DNA of 64,000 nucleotides from Gammaproteobacteria bacterium (GTDB lineage Bacteria; Pseudomonadota; Gammaproteobacteria; UBA9339): NCBI GenBank assembly GCA_045580225.1, contig JAZNNJ010000014.1, positions 1,922 to 65,921 of the forward strand, read 5' to 3'. Shown piece by piece: positions 21,453 to 30,785 of this stretch (position 1 is its first letter; each line of letters starts with the position of its first letter). The notes under the pieces were generated by a model. It saw only the letters and a program-made list of their open reading frames with translations, ran no database searches and was not told where the DNA came from. The position numbers and the translations under genes were made by a program.

Positions 21453-22628
21453 ATGAGTTTTAAATATAATCGTTTGAAAGAAGCGGAACTTAAAGCTATG
21501 AAAAAAAGAAATGGTAATTTCGACAGAAGCAATGAAAGTAGTCTTCAACGTGAAGAAGTAACATCAAGTAATATTAAGTTTAGATTAAATATTTTTCTAA
21601 TCATTCTATTAGTAATCGCTTTTTTTCTAATAGCAGCTATTTGTAAATTTATGAACAATAAATTCATTGTTATGCCAATCAATTCAAAAATCATGCAAAA
21701 ACATAATGAAACAGCTTCCACTAATAAAAATGATAGTAGATCAACCGTTAATGAATCAAATAAAAAGAAACGCGTAGAGATATTTGAAGAAAACAAACAA
21801 ACATTAAAAATTAAAAGTGATGAAACGATAAATTGGCAACAAATTGATTCACAAACATTAAAAGTAAGTTTCAAGCCAAGCATGGAAGTAATATTTCCTG
21901 ATTCTAAAAATATTGATTTTCAGTTCGCTGACGCCGATAATCAAATAGTAATAACAATACAAAATCAACGCAGTATCCATCAAATACTAGAAGATTCACC
22001 TTATGATTTACGTATTCTATTGATCAATAATACAAGTAACATGGAAAAAATATCAATTCCATTAACTAAAGAAGAAAGACGTTTGTTAGAATCTCAAAAA
22101 ATAGCAAATTTATTGGATAATCAAAAAATCGAAGAAGCAATTACGGCTCTATACCAATTTATTGCAGAATACCCAAATGAAAAAGAAGAACGAGAAGAAT
22201 TAATAGAACTCCTGTTAAAAACAGGAAATTTACTAAAAGCTAATTATATCCTTAATGAAGGGCTAAAAATTTTTCCTAAAGATTTAAACTTAAACAAGTT
22301 AAAAGTTCAATGGTATTTAGTTAAAGGAGAACAAAAATTTGCTTTACAACATTTAAAAGAACTATCTAAACATAAAGATTGTGATCAAGAGATCTTAGCT
22401 TTATTGGCTAGTGTTGCATATCAAAATGAAGAATATGAATTAGCAGAAAAAAATTACCGTTCTTTACTTGATCAAGATGTAAACAATCTAGCATGGTGGA
22501 TTGGATTAGGATTAAGTTTAGATATGCAAGGAAAAGAACAAGCAGCTAAAAGTGTTTATCAAAAGATAGATACTGAAGGATTAGATAATGAAATTAGAAA
22601 ATTTATAAATTCTAAATTAGGGAAATAA
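21453..22628 (+). CDS. TPR-repeat membrane-anchored protein (MshN-like)
   Basis: 391 aa. One N-terminal transmembrane segment. The C-terminal half has TPR-like helical repeats. Operon position matches MSHA MshN. Confidence 0.55.
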   Translation: MSFKYNRLKEAELKAMKKRNGNFDRSNESSLQREEVTSSNIKFRLNIFLIILLVIAFFLIAAICKFMNNKFIVMPINSKIMQKHNETASTNKNDSRSTVNESNKKKRVEIFEENKQTLKIKSDETINWQQIDSQTLKVSFKPSMEVIFPDSKNIDFQFADADNQIVITIQNQRSIHQILEDSPYDLRILLINNTSNMEKISIPLTKEERRLLESQKIANLLDNQKIEEAITALYQFIAEYPNEKEEREELIELLLKTGNLLKANYILNEGLKIFPKDLNLNKLKVQWYLVKGEQKFALQHLKELSKHKDCDQEILALLASVAYQNEEYELAEKNYRSLLDQDVNNLAWWIGLGLSLDMQGKEQAAKSVYQKIDTEGLDNEIRKFINSKLGK

Positions 22629-22630
22629 TA

Positions 22631-24151
22631 ATGTATAATAATAGCAAAATTGTTAATTTAGACGATTATCCTATTGAACAAAAATGGGTAGCTTGTTTAT
22701 CAGAAAAACAAGCTAGAAAATTTGAAGCTTTAGTATTATCCGAAGAGCAAAATAAGTTAGTTTTAGGGATGGTTAACCCTGATAATTTGCTTTGGATTGA
22801 TGAATTATCGAGAATTTTAAAACGCCCTTTGCGTTTAGTAAAAATTGATAAAAATGATTTTTTAGAAAGATGCGCACAAATATATATACAAAATGATGCC
22901 TTAAATGATTCATTAATTGCTTATGCAGATAAATTAGCACTAGAATTAAATAATCCTCGCAGCAACACAATACAAGAAAATGAACCAGCAGTAATACAGT
23001 TATTAGGGGTTATTTTTGAAAGCGCTTTACAAAGTGGCGCTTCTGATATCCACATCGAACCTACAGAGACTTTGTTAAGAATTCGTTTAAGAGTAGATGG
23101 AAATTTACAGGAGCAAGTTATTCCTTTAAATGGAAAAAATGGTATTGTAGCAGCACTTACCCAACGCTTAAAATTGATGGCCCATTTAAATATTTCTGAA
23201 AAACGTTTACCTCAAGATGGGCGTTTTGATCTAGAAATAAAAGAGGTAAAGTTTGCAGTGAGATTATCTACTTTGCCTATTCAATGGGGAGAAAGTATCG
23301 TAATGCGTATTTTACGCAAAAATAATCGTGCTTTAAACCTAGATTGTTCTGGTATGTCAGAACAAATGTTAAAAGATTTTCGATCTTTAATTCGCTCACC
23401 TAATGGGATAATTTTAGTAACTGGACCAACAGGTAGCGGAAAAACCACTACGCTATATGGAGCTCTGTCGGAAATTAGCGATGTTACTAAAAATATTATT
23501 ACAATTGAAGACCCTATCGAGTATGAATTAGAAAGAGCAAATCAAGTACAAATAAACTCTAAGATTGGTTTAACGTTTGCTGAAGCATTACGCTCTGTTT
23601 TACGACAAGATCCTGATATCATTCTTATCGGAGAAATTAGAGACCAAGAAACAGCAGAAATTGCTTTACGATCAGCTTTAACTGGACATACTGTTTTCTC
23701 TACACTACATACTAATGATGCCGCTGGAGTAGCTGAACGTTTAATTGATATGGGATTAGAACCTTATTTAGTAGCTGCAGCACTTCGCGGAGCTTTAGCT
23801 CAACGCCTAGTGCGTACAGTATGTTCTGAATGTATAGAAGAATATGTTCCATCAGATAGAGAACGTATTTTTTTTGAAGGAGTATTGGGAGAAGAATTTT
23901 ACAAACACCATTATGTAAAAGGAAAAGGATGTAGGCACTGTAGAAATACAGGATATAAAGGTATGAAGGGCGTTTATGAAATGTTAGTATTAGACGATGA
24001 ATTGCGTAATGCATTAAAGAATGGTGGTTCTGAATTTAATGAAGCTTTGAATGACCGACCGGAACGCAGTTCTTTATTCAAAAGCGCATTTGAATTAGCT
24101 ACTAAACAAATAATTCCATTAGATGAAGTATTAAAAATTGTAGGGGCTTAA
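22631..24151 (+). CDS. GspE/PilB-family assembly ATPase (MshE-like)
   Basis: 506 aa. Walker A GPTGSGKTTT, GEIRD, the tetracysteine motif CSECIEEY...CRHCRNTGYKG, and a T2SSE_N-like N-terminal domain. Confidence 0.9.
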   Translation: MYNNSKIVNLDDYPIEQKWVACLSEKQARKFEALVLSEEQNKLVLGMVNPDNLLWIDELSRILKRPLRLVKIDKNDFLERCAQIYIQNDALNDSLIAYADKLALELNNPRSNTIQENEPAVIQLLGVIFESALQSGASDIHIEPTETLLRIRLRVDGNLQEQVIPLNGKNGIVAALTQRLKLMAHLNISEKRLPQDGRFDLEIKEVKFAVRLSTLPIQWGESIVMRILRKNNRALNLDCSGMSEQMLKDFRSLIRSPNGIILVTGPTGSGKTTTLYGALSEISDVTKNIITIEDPIEYELERANQVQINSKIGLTFAEALRSVLRQDPDIILIGEIRDQETAEIALRSALTGHTVFSTLHTNDAAGVAERLIDMGLEPYLVAAALRGALAQRLVRTVCSECIEEYVPSDRERIFFEGVLGEEFYKHHYVKGKGCRHCRNTGYKGMKGVYEMLVLDDELRNALKNGGSEFNEALNDRPERSSLFKSAFELATKQIIPLDEVLKIVGA

Positions 24152-24156
24152 TAATA

Positions 24157-25389
24157 ATGAGTATGTATCATTATCGTGGCAAAAATTTAAATGGTAGAAT
24201 TGTATCAGGTACAGTAGAAGAAGATTCAATTTCTGCAGTAATAGATTTCTTAGGAAAAAAGGGTATTTTTCCTTTAGATATTCAAGAAAAAAAACATAAT
24301 TCTTCTCGCATGCAAATAAAGCAATGGATAAAAAAATTCGAGTTATTAACAACTAAGGTTTTATTAGAAGAAGTACAACATTTTTGTTTTCAATTATCAA
24401 TCCTGTTAGAAGCTGGAGTTCCTTTAATTAATGCTCTTAATAAATTATCATTAACCGAAGATAACTTGCGTTTAAAACTTATAATCAGTGATATTGCAAA
24501 TGAAGTTTCTAATGGTAATTCTTTATCAGCAGCTTTTAGTCGCTATCCTAATGTTTTTCCCGAATTGATCGTACCAATGGTTCGTATTGGAGAAAATACT
24601 GGTCGTTTAGGAAAAGTACTAGGTTATTTAGCTTTATTTATAGATAAGCAAGTAATTAACCGTAAACGTCTCCGGAAAGCTCTTAGTTACCCAATTTTTG
24701 TTTTGTTGTTTGCTGTTGGTGCTACTATTGCTTTATGTTATTGGGTAGTTCCCAAATTTAGCGCTATGTTTATTGGATTAGGAGTTGAATTACCTAAAGT
24801 TACAATATTGCTATTAAGTTTTTCTAATTTCCTTACTAAATATATCGGATGGTTATTTTTAGGAACATTAGGAATGATTATTAGTTATAAAAAGCTCATT
24901 AGAATTCCTACTATTCGATTAAAAAAAGATCAATTGTGTTTAAAAATACCCATTTTTAATAAATTAATTGTTCAAGCAATTATTTCTCAATTTTCTTGGA
25001 CTTTAGGATTGATGATAAAATCGGGAGTACCGTTATTAAACGCATTAGCAAGTACGGCTGACGTCTTATCAAATAAATATATCGGTTCACAATTAATGGA
25101 TGTACGTGCTGCCTTAGAAAGAGGTGAAAGTTTCAGCCAAAATATTGCCGATCGTAAATTATTCACCCCTATTGCCGACCAAATGTTAGAAATTGCTGAG
25201 GAAAGTCAACAATTAGACACTATGTTAACTGAATTGGCTGATATTTATGACCGTGAATTAAGTTATACTACTGATAAAATTACTTTCTTAATAGAACCGT
25301 TGCTTATGGTTATAATTGGTGGTGTAGTTATGGTAATGGTACTCGGTATTTATTTTCCGATGTGGGATGTTATTAAAGCAGTTCAATAG
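24157..25389 (+). CDS. GspF/PilC-family platform protein (MshG-like)
   Basis: 410 aa. Duplicated GspF-type domain with three transmembrane segments. Confidence 0.88.
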   Translation: MSMYHYRGKNLNGRIVSGTVEEDSISAVIDFLGKKGIFPLDIQEKKHNSSRMQIKQWIKKFELLTTKVLLEEVQHFCFQLSILLEAGVPLINALNKLSLTEDNLRLKLIISDIANEVSNGNSLSAAFSRYPNVFPELIVPMVRIGENTGRLGKVLGYLALFIDKQVINRKRLRKALSYPIFVLLFAVGATIALCYWVVPKFSAMFIGLGVELPKVTILLLSFSNFLTKYIGWLFLGTLGMIISYKKLIRIPTIRLKKDQLCLKIPIFNKLIVQAIISQFSWTLGLMIKSGVPLLNALASTADVLSNKYIGSQLMDVRAALERGESFSQNIADRKLFTPIADQMLEIAEESQQLDTMLTELADIYDRELSYTTDKITFLIEPLLMVIIGGVVMVMVLGIYFPMWDVIKAVQ

Positions 25390-27386
25390 TGAGCAATATC
25401 AATTTCATTATTCAATCTGATTTCAGCTTAACTCTAGCTCAGAACGATGCTGTAAATTCATTAGAAAAAAATATTACCCAAGAAAAATTATCCAAACAAA
25501 TTTTACTTGGAGTTACAGGCTGTGGGAAAACTTTTGTTATGGCAAATACAATTGCTCGTCTTCAAAAACCAACCCTTATAATTGCGCACAATAAAATTTT
25601 AGCAGCACAATTATATGAAGAAATGAAAAAGTTTTTTCCAACCAATAAAGTTGAATATTTCGTATCTTACTATGATTTTTATCAACCAGAAGCATATTTA
25701 CCATACTCAGATATTTATATTGAAAAAAATGCTTCTATTAATGAATATATTGAAAGATTAAGGTTATCAGCAACAAAATCTCTGACAGAAAGAAAAGATG
25801 TCATTGTAGTAGCCTCGGTTTCGGCTATTTACGGTTTAGGTGATCCAGAAAATTATCAAGCAATGGTTTTAAGTTTATTTGTAGGTCAAGAGATAAATTT
25901 AACCAATTTAATCAAAGAATTAGTTATCTTAAGATATGAACCCAAAGATGAATTTGCTCGAGGAAGTTTCAGAGTTAGAGGTAGAAAATTAGATATTTTC
26001 CCTGCTGAAGAAGATAAGCTGGCCGTAGCTATTTTATTCAATGACGAACGCATCGAAAAAATTGAATTCTTCGATGCTTTAACTAATCATAAGGAAAGAG
26101 AAGTATATAGCGTACGCATTTATCCAACTAATCATTATACCGTTCAAAAACAAGCAATAGAAGAGGCTTCTTTACTTATTAAAAAAGACCTAGAACAACA
26201 GTTAGATTTTTTTAAGAAAAGAAATGAAATAAACTATGCTGAGCGTTTAGAAAAACGGGTAAATTACGATCTTGAAATGTTAAATGAAATGGGATACTGC
26301 AATGGAATTGAAAATTATTCTCGTTATTTTTCTAAGCGTTTACCTGGTGAACCACCTCCAACTTTACTAGATTATTTGCCAAAAGATGGATTAATAATTT
26401 TAGATGAATCTCACGTAACTATACCGCAAATTAGAAGCATGTATCATGGAGATTATTCTAGAAAGACAACCTTAGTAAACTACGGTTTTAGATTGCCAGC
26501 TGCTTTTGACAATCGTCCATTAACATTTGAAGAGTTTGAAAATAGGGCAAAACTAGTAATTTATTCTTCAGCAACTCCGGGAGAATATGAGAAAAATAGG
26601 ACAGAAAAAATAGTAGAATTATTAGTACGTCCTACTGCTATTCCTGATCCTGAAGTATTTATTTGTCCAGCAAATACTCAAATTGAAGATTTATTCGAGC
26701 GTATACAAAACCAAATAAAATTAGAACAGCGTATTTTAGTAACAACTTTAACTAAAAAAATGGCTGAAAGAATATCTGAATTCTTAGAAGAAAAGCACAT
26801 AAAAACTCGTTATCTGCATTCTGAAATTTTAACGTTAGAAAGGGTAGAAATTTTGCGTGATTTACGTTTAGGTAAATTTGATGTACTAGTTGGTATTAAC
26901 TTGCTTAGAGAAGGTTTGGATCTACCAGAAGTTGGATTAGTAGCAATTTTAGATGCTGATAAAGAGGGATTTTTACGCTCAACTACTGCTTTAATTCAAA
27001 CTAGTGGTCGAGCCGCTAGAAATCCAAATGGTCAAGTAGTAATGTATGCTGATCACGTTACTGGAGCAATGCAACAAGCAATAGCCGAAATGACACGCAG
27101 ACGTAAAGAACAATTACTTTACAATCAAAAACATTCTTTAACTCCAACTGTAATTCGACGAAGTTTAATCGATTCTCCTGTTAGTACAATAATAGATCTA
27201 AAATCTAACCAGAAATTAACAAATAAAATGGAAGACAATTGGTTAACCGATGCTAGTGCTTTAGAAAAAAAAGTAAAAAAACTTGAAAAAATGATGTATA
27301 AAGCAGCAAAGGCGTTAGAATTTGAAAAAGCAGCCCAAATTCGTGATCAAATAGCAAGCATATTAAACAATCTAAATCAAGTCTAA
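25389..27386 (+). CDS. uvrB: Excinuclease ABC subunit B
   Basis: 665 aa. GVTGCGKTF, YFVSYYDFYQPEAY, and a C-terminal UVR domain. The GTG start overlaps the TAG stop of the platform gene by 1 nt. Confidence 0.97.
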   Translation: MSNINFIIQSDFSLTLAQNDAVNSLEKNITQEKLSKQILLGVTGCGKTFVMANTIARLQKPTLIIAHNKILAAQLYEEMKKFFPTNKVEYFVSYYDFYQPEAYLPYSDIYIEKNASINEYIERLRLSATKSLTERKDVIVVASVSAIYGLGDPENYQAMVLSLFVGQEINLTNLIKELVILRYEPKDEFARGSFRVRGRKLDIFPAEEDKLAVAILFNDERIEKIEFFDALTNHKEREVYSVRIYPTNHYTVQKQAIEEASLLIKKDLEQQLDFFKKRNEINYAERLEKRVNYDLEMLNEMGYCNGIENYSRYFSKRLPGEPPPTLLDYLPKDGLIILDESHVTIPQIRSMYHGDYSRKTTLVNYGFRLPAAFDNRPLTFEEFENRAKLVIYSSATPGEYEKNRTEKIVELLVRPTAIPDPEVFICPANTQIEDLFERIQNQIKLEQRILVTTLTKKMAERISEFLEEKHIKTRYLHSEILTLERVEILRDLRLGKFDVLVGINLLREGLDLPEVGLVAILDADKEGFLRSTTALIQTSGRAARNPNGQVVMYADHVTGAMQQAIAEMTRRRKEQLLYNQKHSLTPTVIRRSLIDSPVSTIIDLKSNQKLTNKMEDNWLTDASALEKKVKKLEKMMYKAAKALEFEKAAQIRDQIASILNNLNQV

Positions 27387-27540
27387 ATCAATTAACTCTA
27401 GGTTGTATTAAAATAATAACTATTTACAATATTCTATATATTCACGCTCAATCTTTATTAATGATAATTTAAAAAACATTTGATTAATTAATAACAATAT
27501 TATATTATCAAATAGTTATGATAACTTTTATGGAGTTAAT

Positions 27541-28110
27541 ATGCAAAATACAGATCCTCCTATTATTAATAAAATTAATGAAAAATTGCGTAATGATGAT
27601 GCTAATGGTTTAGTAAATTTAATCGCTGGTAATAGTGATTATTATATAGAATTTAATTTAGGTTATAGACCTATAAACCATCCAGTAGCAGGCCGTGTCT
27701 TTAATCACGCAGTTTTCAGCATAATGCGTCCTAAAGAAGATCATACAATACGCGTATTTGGTCTATCAAAGATAGGAAATAGTATGTGTTTAGCATTAGA
27801 CCAAACCAATTTACCAATAACATTTCTAAATTCAGGAGTAAAACTTACTAGAGATGACGCTAGATACTTAATTGACAAAATTATGAAAAAATGTCAGGAT
27901 GTAAAGTATAATGTTCTTTTAGAAAATTGTTTTACACCTATTTACTCAGCATTAGGTGAAGTAGCAGAACGGATGAATAGAGGTGCAAATACAAAATATA
28001 AAACAGATTTTTTAACATTTGTAAAACATGTACAAAGAAAGATTTCCGAGATTAATCTTGGAGCGGGGACGACATACAGTAGGCCAATCGTCGGACCACA
28101 TACTAATTAA
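27541..28110 (+). CDS. Hypothetical protein with PPPDE/DeSI-like (peptidase C97) His-Cys signature
   Basis: 189 aa. VFNHAVFSI (His56) and YNVLLENCFTPIYSAL (Cys130), 74 aa apart, match the spacing and motifs of PPPDE peptidases as recalled from memory. Confidence 0.5.
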   Translation: MQNTDPPIINKINEKLRNDDANGLVNLIAGNSDYYIEFNLGYRPINHPVAGRVFNHAVFSIMRPKEDHTIRVFGLSKIGNSMCLALDQTNLPITFLNSGVKLTRDDARYLIDKIMKKCQDVKYNVLLENCFTPIYSALGEVAERMNRGANTKYKTDFLTFVKHVQRKISEINLGAGTTYSRPIVGPHTN

Positions 28111-28126
28111 GAAGAGGTAATAAATT

Positions 28127-28378
28127 ATGATATATAAACTTAAAGTAAGCGAAATGGATGTTGTTGCAGGAAACAATGGTACCAAGATTGCGATTAACAT
28201 TATATGTGGTGCTGCGATATTTGTTGGTAGTCTAATAAGTTTAAGGGGAGTATTTTACGCTGGAGTAAAAATATTCGGAACTAATGCAATATCCTGTAAT
28301 CCTATTATGAAAGAACTAATTTTTGGTACAGGTATTACTTTAATGGGAACGATAGGAATAATTATAAATAACACGTAA
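28127..28378 (+). CDS. Small Gly-rich hydrophobic protein (83 aa)
   Basis: ORF 16 nt after the previous gene. Two long hydrophobic Gly/Ile-rich stretches. The N-terminus KLKVSEMDVVAG is weakly leader-like. Confidence 0.4.
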   Translation: MIYKLKVSEMDVVAGNNGTKIAINIICGAAIFVGSLISLRGVFYAGVKIFGTNAISCNPIMKELIFGTGITLMGTIGIIINNT

Positions 28379-28402
28379 TTTCTATAAATTATTGTTATGA
28401 AC

Positions 28403-28432
28403 TTCCCCAAAGATAATCTCATCTTTGGGGGA
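28403..28432. terminator. Strong hairpin downstream of the 83-aa ORF
   Basis: TCCCCAAAGAT-AATCTC-ATCTTTGGGGG (stem of about 11-12 bp). There is no clean T-run on either side. Confidence 0.4.
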
Positions 28433-28719
28433 ATTAAAGTATAGGTATGTAGGCATTTGCTTGAAACGTAATCACGACAGAATATTATCAAAAACTACTA
28501 AGGGTTAAACTGTCACTTCTTTTCGACCGAATGTTTGTTAAACACTTTTACTTAGCTTCAAATAAAGCCAATTTTTGTATATTTTGGCAACTCCAAGTTT
28601 TTACACGAAATCTCTACCACAGAATTTTTTAGCTAACAAAATTGAATGTATCTTCTTTTCTAAAATAAAATCAGTTTATTCTACTTAGGTATTTGTACAT
28701 TATTTTGCTTAAATGCATT

Positions 28720-30336
28720 TTAAACTGCTTCTTCGACAATAGTTATTATATTATTTAGTATTTTTTTAATTTCTGGATCATTTACTAAACCAACTGCTTG
28801 TTTAGCCCAATTGACTTGTTGCTCAAAATTATTATTAGATTTATCTTGTTTTGTAGCTTTACTTATTGCTTTTTGAACGATTTTAATTATATTATCGATT
28901 TTTTGATTAATTAATTTTGCAAAATTACAATCTTGATTACAAATTACCAGTTTTGCAGCATCTAACAAATCAGCAAAATCATTCTGATTTTCTGCACTAT
29001 AACTTCTAAGTTTTTATGCATCAATAACATTAAAGTTGATTTTATAATTTGTTTCTATAGCATTTAGCATTTTTAATCTATCATATAATTTGTTAAAGTA
29101 ACACATTTCTACTGCAATATTGCCTTCCTTTTTTTCAAAACGAAAATCTACAACTGGTAATTTATTAACACATTATATTAACCTACTTCTTTCATAATCA
29201 ATTACAGCAATTTTATCACAACGATCCCATCGTTGCTTCATCTTGTCTAGCATATGGAACATTAATTTATTACCTCTAAATTTTATCAAGCTACCTAATT
29301 CCGAATTTTCAATATCACTATTTTTTAAATTTGCATAATTAATTATTCTGGAGATAAATTCCTCATTTATTTTTTCTCCTATATTTTCATCGGTTAATTC
29401 TAACGGAGTTTGACAATACTTGTAATATTAGCTACTGATTAAACTTTCGTACTTTCCTTTATCATCAAAGATTCTTTAACCTCACCATACCCTTTTGCTC
29501 TATCCAATCATTCTTTTATTGAACATTTATCCATGATTTTAGAAAATTTTTGCAAATTATTACTTAAGTAGCCAATTTCTCCATTATCACAATTTTGAGC
29601 GGCTGTTATAAAAATTTCTTCTAAATCTATTGCTCTTAATTTATTTGAACATATCAAGTTAATAATTAATAGCTTATGCAATAAAGAATTCTTGGCACAT
29701 TCTGAATAAACTATTAAGAAAGCTGTGATTTTGATATTTAAAATTTTCACTATCATTACTAACAAATAAACTACTAAGATATTTACTTAGAACGTTAATA
29801 TTTCTAAAAATTTACTCTGCCGGTAATTTTGCATAACGCCTATATTCAGAATTCAATAAAAAACTAATTCTTTCGATTTTTATATTAATTCCATTTATAT
29901 TATCAAAATTTGATTTTCGTTTTTGTTGTTTTACTAAACCTAATTCTCGTAATTTATCTCGGTATTCTTGCTTAATTTCTATTTCTTTAATATCTTGAAC
30001 GTTATCCAGTACTAAATTATCCGTGAATTTTAAACATATAATTTTAATAAAAAAATTTGGCTGCAATAACATCAGCTTCAGATTCAGATTTTAAATCGTT
30101 ATTTATATCACCAATATAGATAAGTTCTTTATTACCCTTAAGAAATCCATATATATTACCATATACATGTACGACATGAATTTTTTCACAATTATACTCA
30201 ATCTCAAAAAAACCAGTTTCATCTTTTGGTAAAGTATCTTTTATCTTGAAACCGCTGTTAATTAATCTTATTAGTAGTTAATTGTCCCCTATACTGAAGA
30301 ATTAATCTATTAATTTCAACTATATCTTCCAATTTC
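28720..30336 (-). pseudogene. Degraded paralogue of the 526-aa gene (11588..13168)
   Basis: ORF fragments 29812..30072, 29508..29765 (IVYSECAKNSLLH) and 28720..28968 (NWAKQAVGLVNDPEIKKILNNIITI) are colinear with the intact protein. They are broken by multiple stops and frameshifts. Confidence 0.8.
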
Positions 30337-30348
30337 ACACTTACTTCG

Positions 30349-30663
30349 TCATTTTAAAGTATTAATATTTACTTCTTTCATATAGTGTAAACCATATCTA
30401 TTTCTCATATAAAGTACTACACCTGCTAATTACTAGTCAGATAAACCACATCAATCATGAATACCAATAATACAATTCATAAAACCACTATATGTAGTGG
30501 GATTAGTCATACAAATACGCGTACAATCCCCAGTTGATTTTGCTTTACCAGTATATATACTTTTGTATCCGTAAATGTACAGTTCTCGATATCAACAACA
30601 ATTACATTGCTTCTTACCACCAACTACTTAATCCAATACTGAAAAACCTACTATCTGTTTCAT
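30349..30663 (-). pseudogene. Degraded paralogue of the Cys-rich GG-leader peptide gene
   Basis: Same RBS and start (TTAATAATAAAAAGGTGAAAAAATGAAACA). The translation reads MKQIVGFSVLD*VVGGKKQCNCC*YRELYIYGY..., with at least 4 in-frame stops and one Gly codon lost. Confidence 0.85.
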
Positions 30664-30785
30664 TTTTTCACCTTTTTATTATTAACCTAATAAAATTCAA
30701 AAAATAAAAAAGTAATTTGATTTAAAACACTAATCAGTTTATCTTACTTAGAGTACATTTAAAAGCTATATCAATTTTAGACGTT

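Noticed and set aside
22631-22900. A c-di-GMP-binding MshEN motif in the pilus ATPase N-terminus
   Set aside because: The tandem RLGxx(L/V/I)(L/V/I)xxG(L/V/I)(L/V/I)xxxxLxxxLxxQ pattern is not visible. The N-terminus looks like a generic T2SSE_N domain.
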